In this document: positions 35,565 to 48,703 of the stretch, piece by piece
Layout of the letters: the number at the start of each line of letters is the position of its first letter
Position numbering within the stretch: the first letter of the stretch is position 1
Assembly: GCF_011745625.1 (NCBI RefSeq)
Contig: NW_027191480.1
Coordinates: forward strand, 62,001 to 126,000
Source of the DNA: Cladosporium halotolerans
Taxonomy: Eukaryota
Reading direction: 5' to 3'
Length of the DNA stretch: 64,000 nt
Program-made: the position numbers and the translations under genes
Notes under the pieces: model-generated
What the model was told of the DNA's origin: nothing
What the model saw: the letters and a program-made list of their open reading frames with translations, nothing else
The model's database searches: none

Positions 35565-37287
35565 ATGAACATCACGAGTCTTCTCGCGGCATTCCTTACG
35601 ACTCCTCGGTAAGAGCGCACTATTTTGTTTTCCATACAATAGCTAATGCAGGAACTAATTCTCAAGAATCACCGTACCCCCAGGTGTCACTCTGCACACG
35701 ATAACTCTGCCCACGATCACTGTGACAGGTGATGTAGCTGGTATAAGTGGCCTGAGATCCTCAACAGTCGTCACCGCTGCTACGCCACCCAAGCAGACGG
35801 TCAATTCCACCAAGATGTTGACATCCACCCTCAACCCGATCGGCATCCCACGTCCGACCGTCACCGTTACGAAAGTCGTGCGTGCCCGAGACGTTGCGTC
35901 GAGCTCTGGTGATGACGAGGAGCTCTACGTGAGCGTTGAAGGTCTCGAGGGCGAGGATGAGGGTGAAGATGCAGTGATCACCACCAGCGAGAGCACTGCT
36001 TCAGCCAATAGTACCACCTCTAGTACTTCTTCTTCTAAGAAAGCTACCATTTCCGGCGCTATCTTTGCGAACCGCACAAGCGCTGCTGTCAGCGCTCACT
36101 TAGCGACCGGCACCGATAGGGGCGGGTCCCTTTCCACCAGTTCGGTTGCAGAGGAATTACCTGGGGACCTCTGTCCGTCGGCCAGCACCGTCTATAGGAC
36201 CAAGTATTTCACTCGCACGATATGCCCACCGAAGCTCGCCTCTACATCCGGGATGCATACTTCTGCTGGGCACGGCCACGCTTCTCTCCAGGCTACACCC
36301 CTGAGCAGGTTCGAGCCAATCCCAGGCTTGGTCGTGGAGATCTATACGACAAATATCAGTCCAGCCGCTGTGACGTCCAGCTCCGAAAACAAGCCTGGTG
36401 TTCATAACCCAACAGCCAGGAAGGAAAATAATAGACAGCCCAGCCATGCTCCGCACGACCAACCCCAAGCCTCTTTAGTGGGAGCGAATCGGACACTGAC
36501 TATCGGACCACTGCCCACAACATCATCGACGTCTTGCAGCTCGAGCGACTTGCGTACAACAGTGCCCGGAGTCCCGACGCCACCGAGGAACGACCCGACC
36601 TCTTCTTCACAAGCGCCGGACCCTTCACACTTTGCCCAGGCCCTCACTCCAACCGCAATCAAGCCTAACATCCCCTACGGCCATCCCCCAGACCTCCGGA
36701 GCCTGCCAGTCCGCTCCAACTCCTCATCAGCACCACCCAATCTGCCTCAAGCAGAAATATCAACCAACCTCCAAAGCCCCTCCCAACCAACCCCCCCTCC
36801 GCCCCCAACAACCTTCAACCCCAACCCCCTCTGGGGCGACCCCTCATCAACTCCCGCCGCCGCCTCAAACAACCAAGCAGCCCAGACTTCAACCTCTGAC
36901 CCTACCCTGACGCCCTCTCCAACAATGCTCCAACCCAAGCTTCCCCTCTCCAACGCCTGCACAACAACCTTCCACTACGCCACGACCCACCCCTGCACCA
37001 GCACCGTCTTCGCGCGCACGACGACTTTCGGCGCAAACTGCTGGGGCTGCGTCGGCGCGCAGCCGCCGGCTTTCCCGCCGCCGGGCGAGATTTGCGAGGG
37101 GCAGAGGACGACGGTGAGGGAGGAGGTGAGTACATTGAGCACGTGTTTGCCGTCAGAGACGATGGTGGGGATGGGAATGGGCAATGGAGGGAGCAGTGGG
37201 TTTGTGACGGCGGCGGCGTCGGTGAGGTTGGGGAGTGTGCCGGGGCCTGTGAGGGGAGGTTGGAATGGGAGTGGGGAGGGTGAGTGA
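35565..37287 (+). CDS. Ser/Thr/Pro-rich, possibly secreted protein with a Cys-containing C-terminal module
   Basis: Short hydrophobic exon 1 (MNITSLLAAFL). An intron at 35609-35665 restores frame with the 521-aa ORF. Confidence 0.55.
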
Positions 37288-37694
37288 GAGGTTGGTGGGA
37301 TCGGTTGATTTTCTTTTTCTTGGTGAGATGAGGTCTTGCAGGGGTGTTGAGTGATTTGCGATCTGACTTCCTATACGGCGATGCAAGGCAGATGATGGCA
37401 AACAAGTCATGAAAGTGTGCACAGATACCACTGATGATGAGACTTGATGGAATGAATCTGATGATTTGGAGGTAGTTGACAATTTTGTACGTCGGAACTT
37501 CTTAAATTCGTATCATGTCCCTTCTAGAACCACACCGTGATGCGGTCTAGGTGGCTACGTAGAGTACAAGCGCGTGAAAAGTAGGAAATTAGAAAGACCA
37601 CTCAATGAGTTTTTGTATCAAGAACGCCCATTGCTTCTCCAGCCATAATGCATGATATTAGTCGAGTAGACTGTTTCATTCAGAGGCGACACGC

Positions 37695-39797
37695 TTAGTC
37701 GACCTCCTCCATGGCGCTCTCGCCGGTGGCGGCCTCGGCAGGGGCGTCGGTGGAAGCCTCCTCGGCGGTGGAGGCCTCCTCGTCGACGTTCAGGCCGAGG
37801 GAGACGAGCTTGTGGATGCGCTCGGCGTAGGCGGCGGGCTCGTCGATGGTGAAGCCAGAGACGAGGAGAGAGGTCTCGTAGAGAAGGGTGGTGATGCTCT
37901 TGACGGTGCGGTCGTTCTCGCCGTCGTTCTCGACCTTGGTCTTGAGCTCCTTGATGATGGCGCTCTTGGGAGAGATCTCGAAGGTCTTCTTGGAAGACAT
38001 GTAAGAGGACATGGAGGTGTCACGGAGGGCCTGGGCCTTCATGATGCGCTCCATGTTGGCGGACCAACCGAACTGGCCAGTGCGGATGGCGCAAGGGGAG
38101 TTGACGAGCTTGTGGGAGACAACGACCTTCTCGACCTTGTCGCCAAGGACGTTCTTGAGAGACTTGGTAAGACCCTCGTAGGACTTCTCCTCCTCCTCGC
38201 GCTGCTTCTTCTCCTCGTCAGACTCCTCAAGCTCGAAGTCCTTGGTGATGTCGACAAGCTTCTTGCCATCGAACTCCTTGAGCTGAGTGAAAGCGTACTC
38301 ATCGATGGGGTCAACGAGGTAGAGAACCTCGAAGTTCTTGGCCTTGAGGGCGTCGAGGAAGGGAGACTTCTCAACGGCCTTGATGTTCTCGCCAGTGATG
38401 TAGTACATGTTCTTCTGGTGCTCAGGCATGCGGGTGACGTAGTCCTGGAGGGAGGTGAGGTCCTCGCCAGACTTGGTGGAGTTGTAGCGGAGGAGCTTGG
38501 CGAGGGTGTTGCGGTTCTGGCTGTCCTCGTGGACACCAAGCTTGATGTTCTTGGAGAAGGCAGTGTAGAACTTGTCGAACTGCTCCTTGTCCTCGGCAAT
38601 CTCAGTGAAGAGCTCGAGGGTCTTCTTGACGATGTTCTTCTTGATGACCTTCATGATCTTGTTCTGCTGGAGGGTCTCACGAGACAGGTTGAGGGGAAGG
38701 TCCTCAGAGTCGACAACACCCTTGACGAAAGAGAGCCACTCGGGGACGAGGTCGGTGGCATCGTCGGTGATGAAGACGCGGCGGACGTAGAGCTTGATGT
38801 TGTTCTTGGTCTTCTTGGCCTCGAAGAGGTCGAAGGGAGCGCGCTTGGGAACGAAGAGGACGGCGCGGAACTCGAGCTGACCCTCAACGGAGAAGTGCTT
38901 GACGGCAAGGTGGTCCTCCCAGTCGTTGGAGAGCGACTTGTAGAACGCACCGTACTCCTCCTGGGAGATGTCGGCGGGGTTGCGAGTCCAGATGGGCTTG
39001 GTCTTGTTGAGCTCCTCCTCCTCGATCTTGCTCTCCTTGACCTTCTTGGTCTTCTTCTCACCCTCCTTCTTCTCGTCCTCCTCGTCGACCTCCTCGACCT
39101 TGGGCTTGTTGTCGCCCTCGTCCTTGCTCTCCTCAGCCTCCTCATCGGGGACCTCCTTCTCAGTCTCCTTCAGGACGTGAAGGTAGATAGGGTAGGAGAT
39201 GAACTCGGAGTGCTTCTTGACGACCTCCTTCAGCTTCGCCTCCTTGAGGTAGTCGGTCTGCTCGTCCTTGAGGTGGAGGATGATCTTGGTGCCGCGGCCG
39301 ATCTGCTCGCCCTCGGTGTCGTGCTTGATGGAGAAAGTGCCACCGGCGCTGGACTCCCAGACGTACTGCTCGTCGTCGTTGTGCTTGGAGACGACAGTGA
39401 CCCTGTCGGCAACGAGGTATGCGGAGTAGAAACCAACACCGAACTGACCGATCATGGAAATGTCGGCGCCAGCGGTGAGGGCCTCCATGAACTGCTTGGT
39501 ACCAGAGCGGGCAATGGTACCGAGGTTGTTGACAAGGTCGGCCTTGGTCATGCCAATACCGGTATCCTTGATGGTGAGGGTCTTGTTGGCCTCATCGGGA
39601 ATGATGTCGAGACGGAGGTCCTTGTTCGAGTCGAGCTTGCTAGGGTCGGAGAGAGCCTCGTAGCGGATCTTGTCAAGCGCATCGGAACCGTTGGAGATCA
39701 GCTCTCTCAGGAAGATCTCCTTGTTGGAGTAGACGGTGTTGATGATGAGGGAGAGGAGCTGAGAGATCTCGGCCTGGAACTCGAAGGTCTCAGACAT
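37695..39797 (-). CDS. hsp90: Cytosolic heat shock protein 90
   Basis: [21 protein letters not shown] and C-terminal MEEVD. 700 aa with strong codon bias. Confidence 0.99.
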   Translation of the reverse strand: MSETFEFQAEISQLLSLIINTVYSNKEIFLRELISNGSDALDKIRYEALSDPSKLDSNKDLRLDIIPDEANKTLTIKDTGIGMTKADLVNNLGTIARSGTKQFMEALTAGADISMIGQFGVGFYSAYLVADRVTVVSKHNDDEQYVWESSAGGTFSIKHDTEGEQIGRGTKIILHLKDEQTDYLKEAKLKEVVKKHSEFISYPIYLHVLKETEKEVPDEEAEESKDEGDNKPKVEEVDEEDEKKEGEKKTKKVKESKIEEEELNKTKPIWTRNPADISQEEYGAFYKSLSNDWEDHLAVKHFSVEGQLEFRAVLFVPKRAPFDLFEAKKTKNNIKLYVRRVFITDDATDLVPEWLSFVKGVVDSEDLPLNLSRETLQQNKIMKVIKKNIVKKTLELFTEIAEDKEQFDKFYTAFSKNIKLGVHEDSQNRNTLAKLLRYNSTKSGEDLTSLQDYVTRMPEHQKNMYYITGENIKAVEKSPFLDALKAKNFEVLYLVDPIDEYAFTQLKEFDGKKLVDITKDFELEESDEEKKQREEEEKSYEGLTKSLKNVLGDKVEKVVVSHKLVNSPCAIRTGQFGWSANMERIMKAQALRDTSMSSYMSSKKTFEISPKSAIIKELKTKVENDGENDRTVKSITTLLYETSLLVSGFTIDEPAAYAERIHKLVSLGLNVDEEASTAEEASTDAPAEAATGESAMEEVD

Positions 39798-40143
39798 GAT
39801 GGCGGTGGTGTGCGGGGATTAAACGGTAATTGAGAGGTGTAGGTCTGGAGTAAGGTGTAAGCGACTGAGTATCTGGCGAGAGGCGCGGTATAGAGGCCGG
39901 CCGCAGAGATTGACCGATTGCCCAGGGCAACGGCGGCGGCGGGCGTGTCGCTAGGCGCTGGAGACTTACGGTTTGCGGAGTCACGGGAGAGATGTGTGAC
40001 GGTGAGTGAGGTGGTTGTGGGATGGCAAACGCCGGGTATAATTGCAGTGATGTGGAGGAGGAGGTATGAGTGATGCGGCTGAAGAGCTTCTTTAAGAGCG
40101 ACGTGGGAAAAATCCAGCCCGTTCCAGCAATCGCGCTCGCTCT

Positions 40144-40166
40144 TTCTAAATCCTTCTACACGATTC
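40144..40166. promoter_or_regulatory. Step-type heat shock element upstream of hsp90
   Basis: TTC-N7-TTC-N7-TTC at 40144, 40154 and 40164. Confidence 0.6.
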
Positions 40167-40532
40167 TGGGGGAGCATCGAGCTTGGGTGCTCGGGCCTCA
40201 GGCACTCCGCCGCACCGACCAGCCTCTCCACTCGCCTCCAGTCCAGACGAGCGGGAGAACGCTGTATCGTGATGTTATCGGATGCAAAATCCCGTGACAA
40301 TTCATAACTGGCAGTGCACCTGTTCGGCTTCCGTCGTTGTGCGGCTGCTTCAGTCTCAATGCTTCGGTACAGCCTTCACATGCGGACATCACTTCCTAGC
40401 CCGGCCAACAACACGCGCTCCATGCTCAATCCGCGAACCATCAATGTACTCAGCCGTGAAGCATCTATCATTTGAATGCACGAATATGTCGGCGTCAAAA
40501 TCACGTATTTATTGATTCCACCGTCCACGCAT

Positions 40533-41836
40533 TCATCCCAGCAGATCACCAAGCTTGTCCACGTACGCGGTCGGAACCACGCTCGCACCCTCAGCAAGGA
40601 ACTCCTCCTTCTTGCTGACACCGGTCAACACGCAAAGCGTGCCACCAAGACCGCCCTCAATACCGAATTGAATATCGGTGTTGAGACGGTCGCCGACCAT
40701 GCAAGCCTTCTTGCGGTCGAACTTGAACTTGCCCTCAATCGCATCCATCATCGCCTGGCTCGGCTTACCGAGCGCCAACGGCTCCTGGCCGGAAGCCTTC
40801 ACCAGCGGCGCGCTCATGGAGCCCGCACCGGGGAACAATGAGCCGGCGCTCGGTAGAGTTGAGTCGATGTTGGTGGCGAGGAATTTGGCGCCGCGGCGCA
40901 GGTAGGCCTGGCCGAGGGCCGTCTTCAGGTAGTTCATGTGATAGTCGAGTCCGGTGAGGACGACGGCGACGTTCTCGTCGAGGTCCTCGCCCTTGGCGAT
41001 GCGCTCGAAGTCTTCAGGTTGGACGTCGCGGCGCAGGGCGGGGTCGGTGCCGCCGATGTGCGGGACGCCCTCGGAGTCGAGCTCCTGCTCCATGCCGGTC
41101 TCGCCTAGGATGTAGACCTTGTTCTTAGGGGCCTGGAGCTTGAGGATGCGCGAGATGTAGATGGCTGCGCTGTAAGAGGAGCCGAAGACTTCGTCCTGGT
41201 GCCATTATGAGCTTCTTTCCAATTCCGGCGTGCAAGATCATTGACCATACCTCAGAGGCACTGATACCCATGCCATCAAACTTCTTCTTGTAGTCCGCGC
41301 GAGACTTGGTGCTGTTGTTGGTCACAAACACAAGTTGTTTGCCTGGGCGCATTCCGTGAGCTACTGAGCTACCTGCGCGTGTGCCCGTTTCTTGAGACCA
41401 GATCGTACCTTTGCTCCGAAGCATATCAATTGTCTCCGCTGTGCCAGGGAATTTGTGCTCGCCAGACCAGAGTACGCCTATCCTTCTCGTATCGTCAGTC
41501 CGCTGTGCCATCTTTTGATCCGCTTGCCGACCGGGGCATGTTCGTCCAATCTCGAAGGTATCGGGTAAAGCGTACCATCGCAGTCAAACAGGAAAACCTT
41601 TTACAAGTCAGTATTCCCACCATCATCTTGGGAATATGCCAATGCAAACTCACATCGAACTGGTCAACAAACGCATCGATGCCGGCCTTGTCGCCGGTGA
41701 GGTACTTAGGTGCCATCCTGGTTTGATTGGTGGACAAGGAACGACCGAATCGTAACTGTAGATGGAATTGCGGGATGAATGCTGGCTTAGAGGGAAATGA
41801 CCGAGTAGCAACACGTATAGCGCGGGTACACAGCAT
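40533..41836 (-). CDS. pho13: HAD-IIA 4-nitrophenylphosphatase / phosphoglycolate phosphatase, multi-exon
   Basis: FLFDCDGVLW (across introns), FVTNNSTKSR, ATNID, GKP and MVGDRLNTDI. ATGs at 41836 and 41716. Confidence 0.92.
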
Positions 41837-42256
41837 CGGTTCGCGTTGGGACTTTTTTGGGGCCGAATGGCTGCCCGCATGACGATGGAGTCATCCCACT
41901 TCGCGGTGGCCGAACCTCGGAGCTTGCTGTCCGACGACTTCGGGCTTTGCTTTGCTGTTGATGAAATGGCTTCCAAGTCCTTGTTCATCCCGTTCGTCAC
42001 CCTTATGAGACAAATCTTTCAAAGCAAACATCCGCATCGCGTATATAATAAGTGTGAGGGCGAGTTAGCTTCATGGACAGGATGAGAGTGGCTTCGTATC
42101 ATCGCGGCAATCATGACGGATCTTCATATTCACATCCTCATAGCCACCTTCTTCACTAGGTATCTACTGAACAAGAAGATTACAGCAACCCAGGTTCCTC
42201 AAGTACCCGAATTTGAAAGCCTTTTAGCTCAATCACGCACACATACCACGCTCACC

Positions 42257-45200
42257 TCATTTCTGACTTTTGTACGCCCCGCTCAAACCCCCATGCGTCC
42301 TGACTCTCCTCCGCAAGCTTCTCTCAATCGCCGCAGCCTCCTGAACGGCTTCATGCAGCTCCGCACGCGAAACCACCTGCTTGACTTTGTACGGTGCTGG
42401 TAGCGAACTGGAAGGTTGACTATGCTGCTGCGGAGGCCATTGATCGACTACCCTTGCGTGCTTTACTGGCTCAGGACTCTTGATTGACCAGGGCGACAGG
42501 GGAGCAGGTGTCAGAGGGAAGTGTCCAGGCGGCGGTCTTAGAATCGTGTTTGCGGAAGATGACTTGGCGAGGCGGTTCACTGGTTGCTGGCTAGCAGGTG
42601 TCGATGATGATGGGGCGTAGTCTGCGGCGCGTAGGATGGACGAAGGAAGACCGGTGGGTGATTGTAGGGAGTGTTTGCGGGACGACAATGCTGTAACGTA
42701 GGTGGACGAAGGCGATTGCGGGGACTTAAATGAGGGTGCCGCTGCCGTGACAGTCTCACTCAAAGGGATTGGTGTCGTGGGCGCAGTTAGAAGACTGTCA
42801 GCGTCCTCGCTTAGTAAAAGCGACTGTCGGGATAAAGAAACGCGTCTGGTTTCTGCCTGCGCATCTTCTTCAGCAGCCTTTGAGAGGTCGATGCTCATTT
42901 CGCCAGCTATCTCATGCAGCGATTGTAGTAGATCGCTCATGGAATCGATGGTCAGGCTGCGCGATCGCTGGTTCGGCGGTTCGGCTTTGACCACGGTAGG
43001 CTGGACTTTGTTCTTCTCAACCAACACCTTATACTCGTCGACAGAGCCGAGTTCGGCAACAGCCTTTGACACCTTGACAAGGTTGTCTGATAATCTGCGA
43101 GTGGAATCGCGTGTGAGAGGGCCTCTGCGAGGATCAGTCACGACTCGATCGAGAGTTCCCTCGTGGCGGACGACGACGATAGCACTAGTGTTGTTCGGCA
43201 GCTCTGTCTCAATCGCCTTTGTTGTAAGTTTTGCGGGGACTGCTGCTACAACGGCCGTCGACTCTGGGTTTTGCCCTTGAGGACCAGCCAACGGTGTTGC
43301 ATCAGGCGGCCTTTTGGCTTCTTCGATCTTCAAGTCTCGCTCTACGGCGCAGTCCGGACAAACGTCTTCTGCATGTGATCTCTTAGCTCTTTCTAGGAAG
43401 CACCAGGGACTGGTGGCCTCTAATTGGGACCGATGGATCATGCCAATAGGGATGTACGCACCACTTCGACCGCGTTCGACCATGTCTTTGGTCGGTCCAG
43501 AACTTGGGCCAACGCGATTCGCAGTCTGGGGGCGACGGCCGTGCCTCACGCAGTTGTTGATGGTGCCGAGGAGGTGAGCTGGGGTTGAAATTCGACCATA
43601 TCCTACTTCCTAAGGTTGGCGGATGGTGAAGCTTTTGCTTGCAAGGCGGGAATTGCTCGGTATCGGAGGTCTCGAATCATAACTGTTGCTTGACGTATCC
43701 AGGTGCTCGGGTATATGCTCTGGCTCCGGAGGGTCTTTCAGCATAGGCATAGACCGAGAAGGCTGAGGTGAGTGAATGTAGGGTTCGTCCTCAGGTATCG
43801 AACGATGTAGTGGAGTCTCAGCCCGGTATGGAGATCCGGTGCTTGTTCTACGCGGAAAACGATGGACGTGTAAGGGGAAGACCAATTGCACTGTTGGCGC
43901 TTCATGCCGAGGACCGTGAGCTCTCCTGCTCGTCTCCTTCATGTGCCTGTAGTGTCCAGCAGGCTGCCAATGGTGCGGCATAGGTATAGCGCTTTTCAGC
44001 TCCCAGTCACGAACTTTGTTCGCCACCTGGCCAAACCTCTGCGACGGCCGTCGTTCTACTATTCCAGTCTGCCGTGCTTTGGCTTCGGCTTCCGAAGAGC
44101 CGTCCAGACAGAACGGACTGTGGCTTTCGGGTGCCAGCGCGTTCGAGACCTCTTTTGTCCCAGAGCTGCGTTCTCCACGTGAGTCTCCTGCGACGCATCG
44201 TTCTCCAAGGCTGAGTTGCCGGGCGATATAAGGGCTGGATCCGCCGACGAAGTCGAGCTCCCGGCAGATACCACGGCTGTTGTGCTTGTTGCCATGGGCG
44301 TGGAACCTAACACCGCAGGGGACGTGACCGGGAGCGCAGGTGTGCTTCTGGTAGCATCCAAGATTTCCTCTCGAAAACGGGATGACGGCAGGCTGGGTGA
44401 TCCCTGGCCTGGATGAGGTTCCAATGCGGTACGTGAAGTCGTCTGACTTGCTTCGGCAGGATCTGTGTGCGTACCCACCGCGTGCTTTGTATTGACAGCC
44501 CTGTTGAGGACCTTGGGTTCCGTCGTCGTGGGACCCGCCGGAAGCTCTGAAGTCAGAGTTACAGGGCTCGATGCCGAACATGCTTCTTGAGTAGATTCTA
44601 CGATCGTTGCACACGGCTCGTGCGAGTCTGCAGCTTTGGCAGCCGAATGTGCATCGGGGCCAGTTTTTCCTACTGGAGCGCCAGCAGCAGACTTCTCCGA
44701 CGATGATGCGCTCGGAGTCAGAGACGGAGGCTTTGGGTGTAGGGCTTCGACTTCGGCAGCCATACGTTCGGCCTCCAACCTCGCGATAGCCTCGCTGAGC
44801 TCCGCGCTTTGCATGCCTGTCGAGCCCAACTGCTTCATCGAAGGAACAGGTTCTGACGAAGTCGACATCTCGTGTTTGCACTTCTCGCAGATCGATGGTC
44901 GGTGTCTCAGTTCCGCCTTTTCGTCCGCGTGAGCTGCCTGTAGCTCCTGTCTCGACCCTTTCTGCTTCAGTATCCCATGTAGTGCCTTTGCCTTTTTCGG
45001 CGAGAATGGCTGCCGCTGTCCTTCCGTTTCCCACGTCATTCCCTCGGACTCTGTCTTTGGCGTCGACATCGGCGTCAACAGGGGGGTCAGCAGAGTTGCC
45101 CGACTCTGAGTGCGTGGAGTGCCGTTCATGAAAGGCGTATGGCCGGCGCTGGGCTGGTCGTCCTATGAATCCATCCGAGACACATGGCCCGTGAAATGAA

Positions 45201-45624
45201 AGATCGACCGTGTCGACGATCCGAAGCGCTCTGTCGACGTGTCTGAATAAGGACTCACGCCCGCCGAGCTCGGGTCTGCGGAGATCGAATTGCCTGAGAT
45301 CTGTCGTGAGAGGTTGCCGTGGCTGCCTTGCTGGTTTGGTAGGTTCGCCGCTGATGCGCGAGGCGTGCGTGAGCCACCGGAAGCGGTGTTGGTCAAGCTC
45401 GCTTTGCTTGATCCGGCTGCTAGGCGGGAGAGCTTCCTGCGCTATTCGAAGTGATGTTAGTGTCCAAAACAGGTTTCAGGACATTCGGGCTGTGGCGTGC
45501 AAGCCTGTGGGCAAACTTCTCCCCCATTATTTCTCAAGACAGGCGTCAAGTGTTGGGGGCCATGTGCGGAAAATTGCTCAAGCCCGCGCACTTGCAATAA
45601 TGGAGAATGACAGTCGCCGGGCAT
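42257..45624 (-). pseudogene. Large low-complexity uncharacterised gene with an apparent frameshift and an in-frame stop
   Basis: Consecutive coding-like minus ORFs joined by plausible introns (~45591-45445 and ~45258-45163). A frame change at ~44100-44200 has no visible intron, and an in-frame TAG sits at 43610-43612. Confidence 0.5.
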
Positions 45625-45934
45625 CAAGCGATGTCTTTGTGGTGCATGGAGAGAGCGATCTGTACGAAGTCGCACCCAGCGGTAGCAAATATCTGGAACG
45701 AATTGATGCGAATGGAAGACTGACAAAGGCGAGGTTCGAGGCGATCACTCGGCCAGTTGATTTCTGGATTTTCGAAGTTCGAAAGGGTATCGAGCAATTG
45801 CCAAACACGAGAATAGAGGTGGGAAGCTGCAACAGCCGGAAGAGGTGGAAAGTGCGATGCGCCCAGTCGTCGAACTCTTAATCAAGCAGGTATAATACAC
45901 AGCAAATCTACGCTGTATTTACAAAGAGAACATG

Positions 45935-46852
45935 CTACTTGAGGACAGCCTGCAGGCTCTCGAGGACCTAATCGCGAGTTAGTCACAGAATCATCATGAT
46001 GGCTGGATATGTCCGGACTACAAACCTCAAGCTCAATCTTGGCCTCAGCAATGTCCTGCTCGCTACCGCTGCCACCGGCAATCTTCTGAGCCTCCGCGAT
46101 CTGGTTCTTGACGGCCTCCGCGCTGAAGTCCTCAAGGGCGTAGCCCTCAACGGCGTTGATGCTCAACTTAGAGCCGGGCTGGACAGTGGCGAAACCGCCA
46201 GAAACTGTGGCCAAATACAGTCAGCCTTATATCCACCCGGTATCCACATTCTTGTTTCCTGATCTCGCCTGCTGATTCCTTGGGACGATATAACATACGG
46301 AAGAACTGCTTGCTGCCGCCAGCCTCCTCAATGATCTCAACAAGGCCGGGCTTGAGCTGCTCGATGGCCGGAACGTGGCTGGCGAGGATACCCATCTCAC
46401 CGGACTCGGCGGGGATGTTCACCTGGGTGCTGAACTGATGTGTTAGTTCCGTAGTTCGCGTAATTTCTCGGTGTTCGGTCGCGCGTTGCTCGAAGGTCAG
46501 ACGTACACATCCTGGGACTTGTAGATGGCCTACAAAAATCATTGTCAGCATTCGGCCTTCATCTCTCAAGTGCGTCCCCGCTCCAATGCCATTGAATCCC
46601 AATTCCACGTCTTCTCATCCTCCAGCGTCACAACTCCTGACATCCTTTTTTCACCCTTTCCCTCTACTGCACTCTCCTAACTTCTCTTTCCTCCATTGAC
46701 ACATCCTCCAGCTTTCCCAAACGTACCTGGTGAGGCAGGGCCAGGCTGAGCTGGATCTTGTCGGCCGCGACATCAGCGTATCCGCGGCGCTGGACGGCGC
46801 GGAGGGTGTTGAAAGCCGGGCGGGCGGCGCGAGCGACACGGAAGGCGTTCAT
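45935..46852 (-). CDS. atp16: Mitochondrial F1 ATP synthase delta subunit, 5 exons
   Basis: Presequence RRGYAD, QVNIPAESGEMGILASHVP, SGGFATVQP and AEAKIELEVLESLQAVLK. Confidence 0.95.
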
Positions 46853-47632
46853 TATGGCGGATCGGTGAGGTGGGAGGGATGTGCGGGTGCGGGAGCGATG
46901 GGGTGGTCCTACTGCTGCGGTCGCAAAGCTGGTGCTGGAAGGATACGGAGTCGGCCAGGATCGCGGAAGGGGTCCGAGCTTTCCCGACGCTTGGCCTGGT
47001 TGATCACGTGTTCGGCTTTTCTGGATGAACGCCTCAACTACGAAGGCACTACCTACAGTACATCAAATGAAAAATCTCATGGTATCAAAAATGATGCGTG
47101 ACGCTTCTGCATATCTCAGTTGACCTGGAATTCTCGGGCGTTCCTCATTTTCTAATATCTCGTTCACACGAATATCATGGACGAAAATCAAGCAACTACC
47201 TAGTGTCCAATGGGCTTACCTTTACCTGCCAATAATGTAACCCTGTGCCTCTGCATGCAATCTTCGAGGTAACTACTCTATTGTCAGATTCAGTATGATA
47301 CTCGATTCCATTAATCTCGTCGGGGTCTTTGGTGACAACGGTGACAACCTCCATTCCATCACATCCCTTAGATTTTAGTGCTACGACCCGAGGAGAGCTC
47401 CACACGTTTCTGGATCGATTAGATTGACGCTGGGCCACCTGGTTCTTGCAGCTTTACAAAAAAAAAAAAAAGGAAAAAAAGGAAAAGGTATCTGCTTTTG
47501 CTGCCCTTGGCCGTCTCAATCAAAGGACAACAACAAAATAATGTAGCGTACAGGACATCTAATCTGCGCTATCTTGAATAGCAAGCCAGCTCCGTCCAGT
47601 CTTTGTTCTCTCAAGACTTCCGACAGCTGATA

Positions 47633-48703
47633 TCAGCGAAAACCCATACCACCCATCGGCCGACTGCTGTTCATCCCAGTCCTACTGATGTAACCACCAG
47701 GCTGTCTTCCGACCTTGATGCCCCTCATGCTGTAGTCAGCTCCACCTCCCAAGGAATATGCGTTCTGATCAAGATTGCCTAGCGGTTGGCGGAATGGAGT
47801 TCCTGGTGGGTTATTCGTGGTAGACAAATAGCCAGGACCCAGCTGAGATCCGCGAGGAGCGAAAGCCGATTGGGGATGCTCACGGCGGGAGGGAGTCATC
47901 ATCTGTATTTGTGGGCTCCCTATGCGTTGTTAGTGAGATACATATCGGTTAGGACGTGTATACGTACTCGCGCTCTGTAGTCCGCTGCGAATGTTACCAT
48001 TATTAGGCCCAAAAATGCCACTCCCATGACGCCGTCCATTACTGCCCACACTGCCATTGCGACTCGTCCTCACACCACCAAAGTCGCCGCCCTGCGCCGC
48101 AAAAGCCGCATTCTCCTCCGCCGCGTTCTCAATATCCGGCACGAGCGCCTTCTGCTTAAGCTTCTCATACGACACGCGGTACCTATTGCGATCCCTCTCG
48201 AGCGACTTGCGCCCCTCCTCCATCTCCGCCAGCGAACGCGAGAGCTTGTGGATCTTGTCCGAAGCCTCGTGCAGCGCCTCCTCTAGCCCGCCGATCTGCT
48301 CGCGCGCCGCGCCCTTGACTCCGCCGAGCTCCTGGTTCTTGGCGTCGAGCTGCTGCTTGAGGCTCTTGTTGGCGTGCTCCTGGTAGTAGATCTCCTGCGA
48401 GCTCTGGTAGGCCCAGAAGGCCAGGCCGCTGTTCGCGCACTCCATGATGACGGTGGGGCTGAGGCCGCTGAGGATGCTCATCTTGTAGTCGTCCGTGGGG
48501 CTGAGGGCCGCCACGGTCACGTCGTAAGGCTTCTCGAGCGGCGTGCCGCAGGCCGGGCAGGTTCTGGCGGCGCTGTCGCCAGCGCCGAGCGTGGAGGAGT
48601 CGGAGCAGGCGAGGCAGAAGATGTGGCTGCAGGTTGTCACGACGGCTTTGTCTTTGGGCTTCTCGCGGCAGCGGAGGTGGTTGCAGCGCAGTTGGAAGTC
48701 CAT
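47633..48703 (-). CDS. hei10: HEI10/CCNB1IP1 meiotic RING E3 ligase
   Basis: LRCNxLxCR..AVVTTCSHIFC..C..CPAC and LSGLSPxxIMEC, followed by a coiled coil. One intron near 47968-47903. Confidence 0.88.

Noticed and set aside
37812..39833. 673-aa ORF antisense to hsp90
   Set aside because: It mirrors the hsp90 codons. Strong codon bias removes antisense stops, and no domain is recognisable.
47458..47488. Poly(A)-rich tract
   Set aside because: A simple repeat with no associated retrocopy or TSD.
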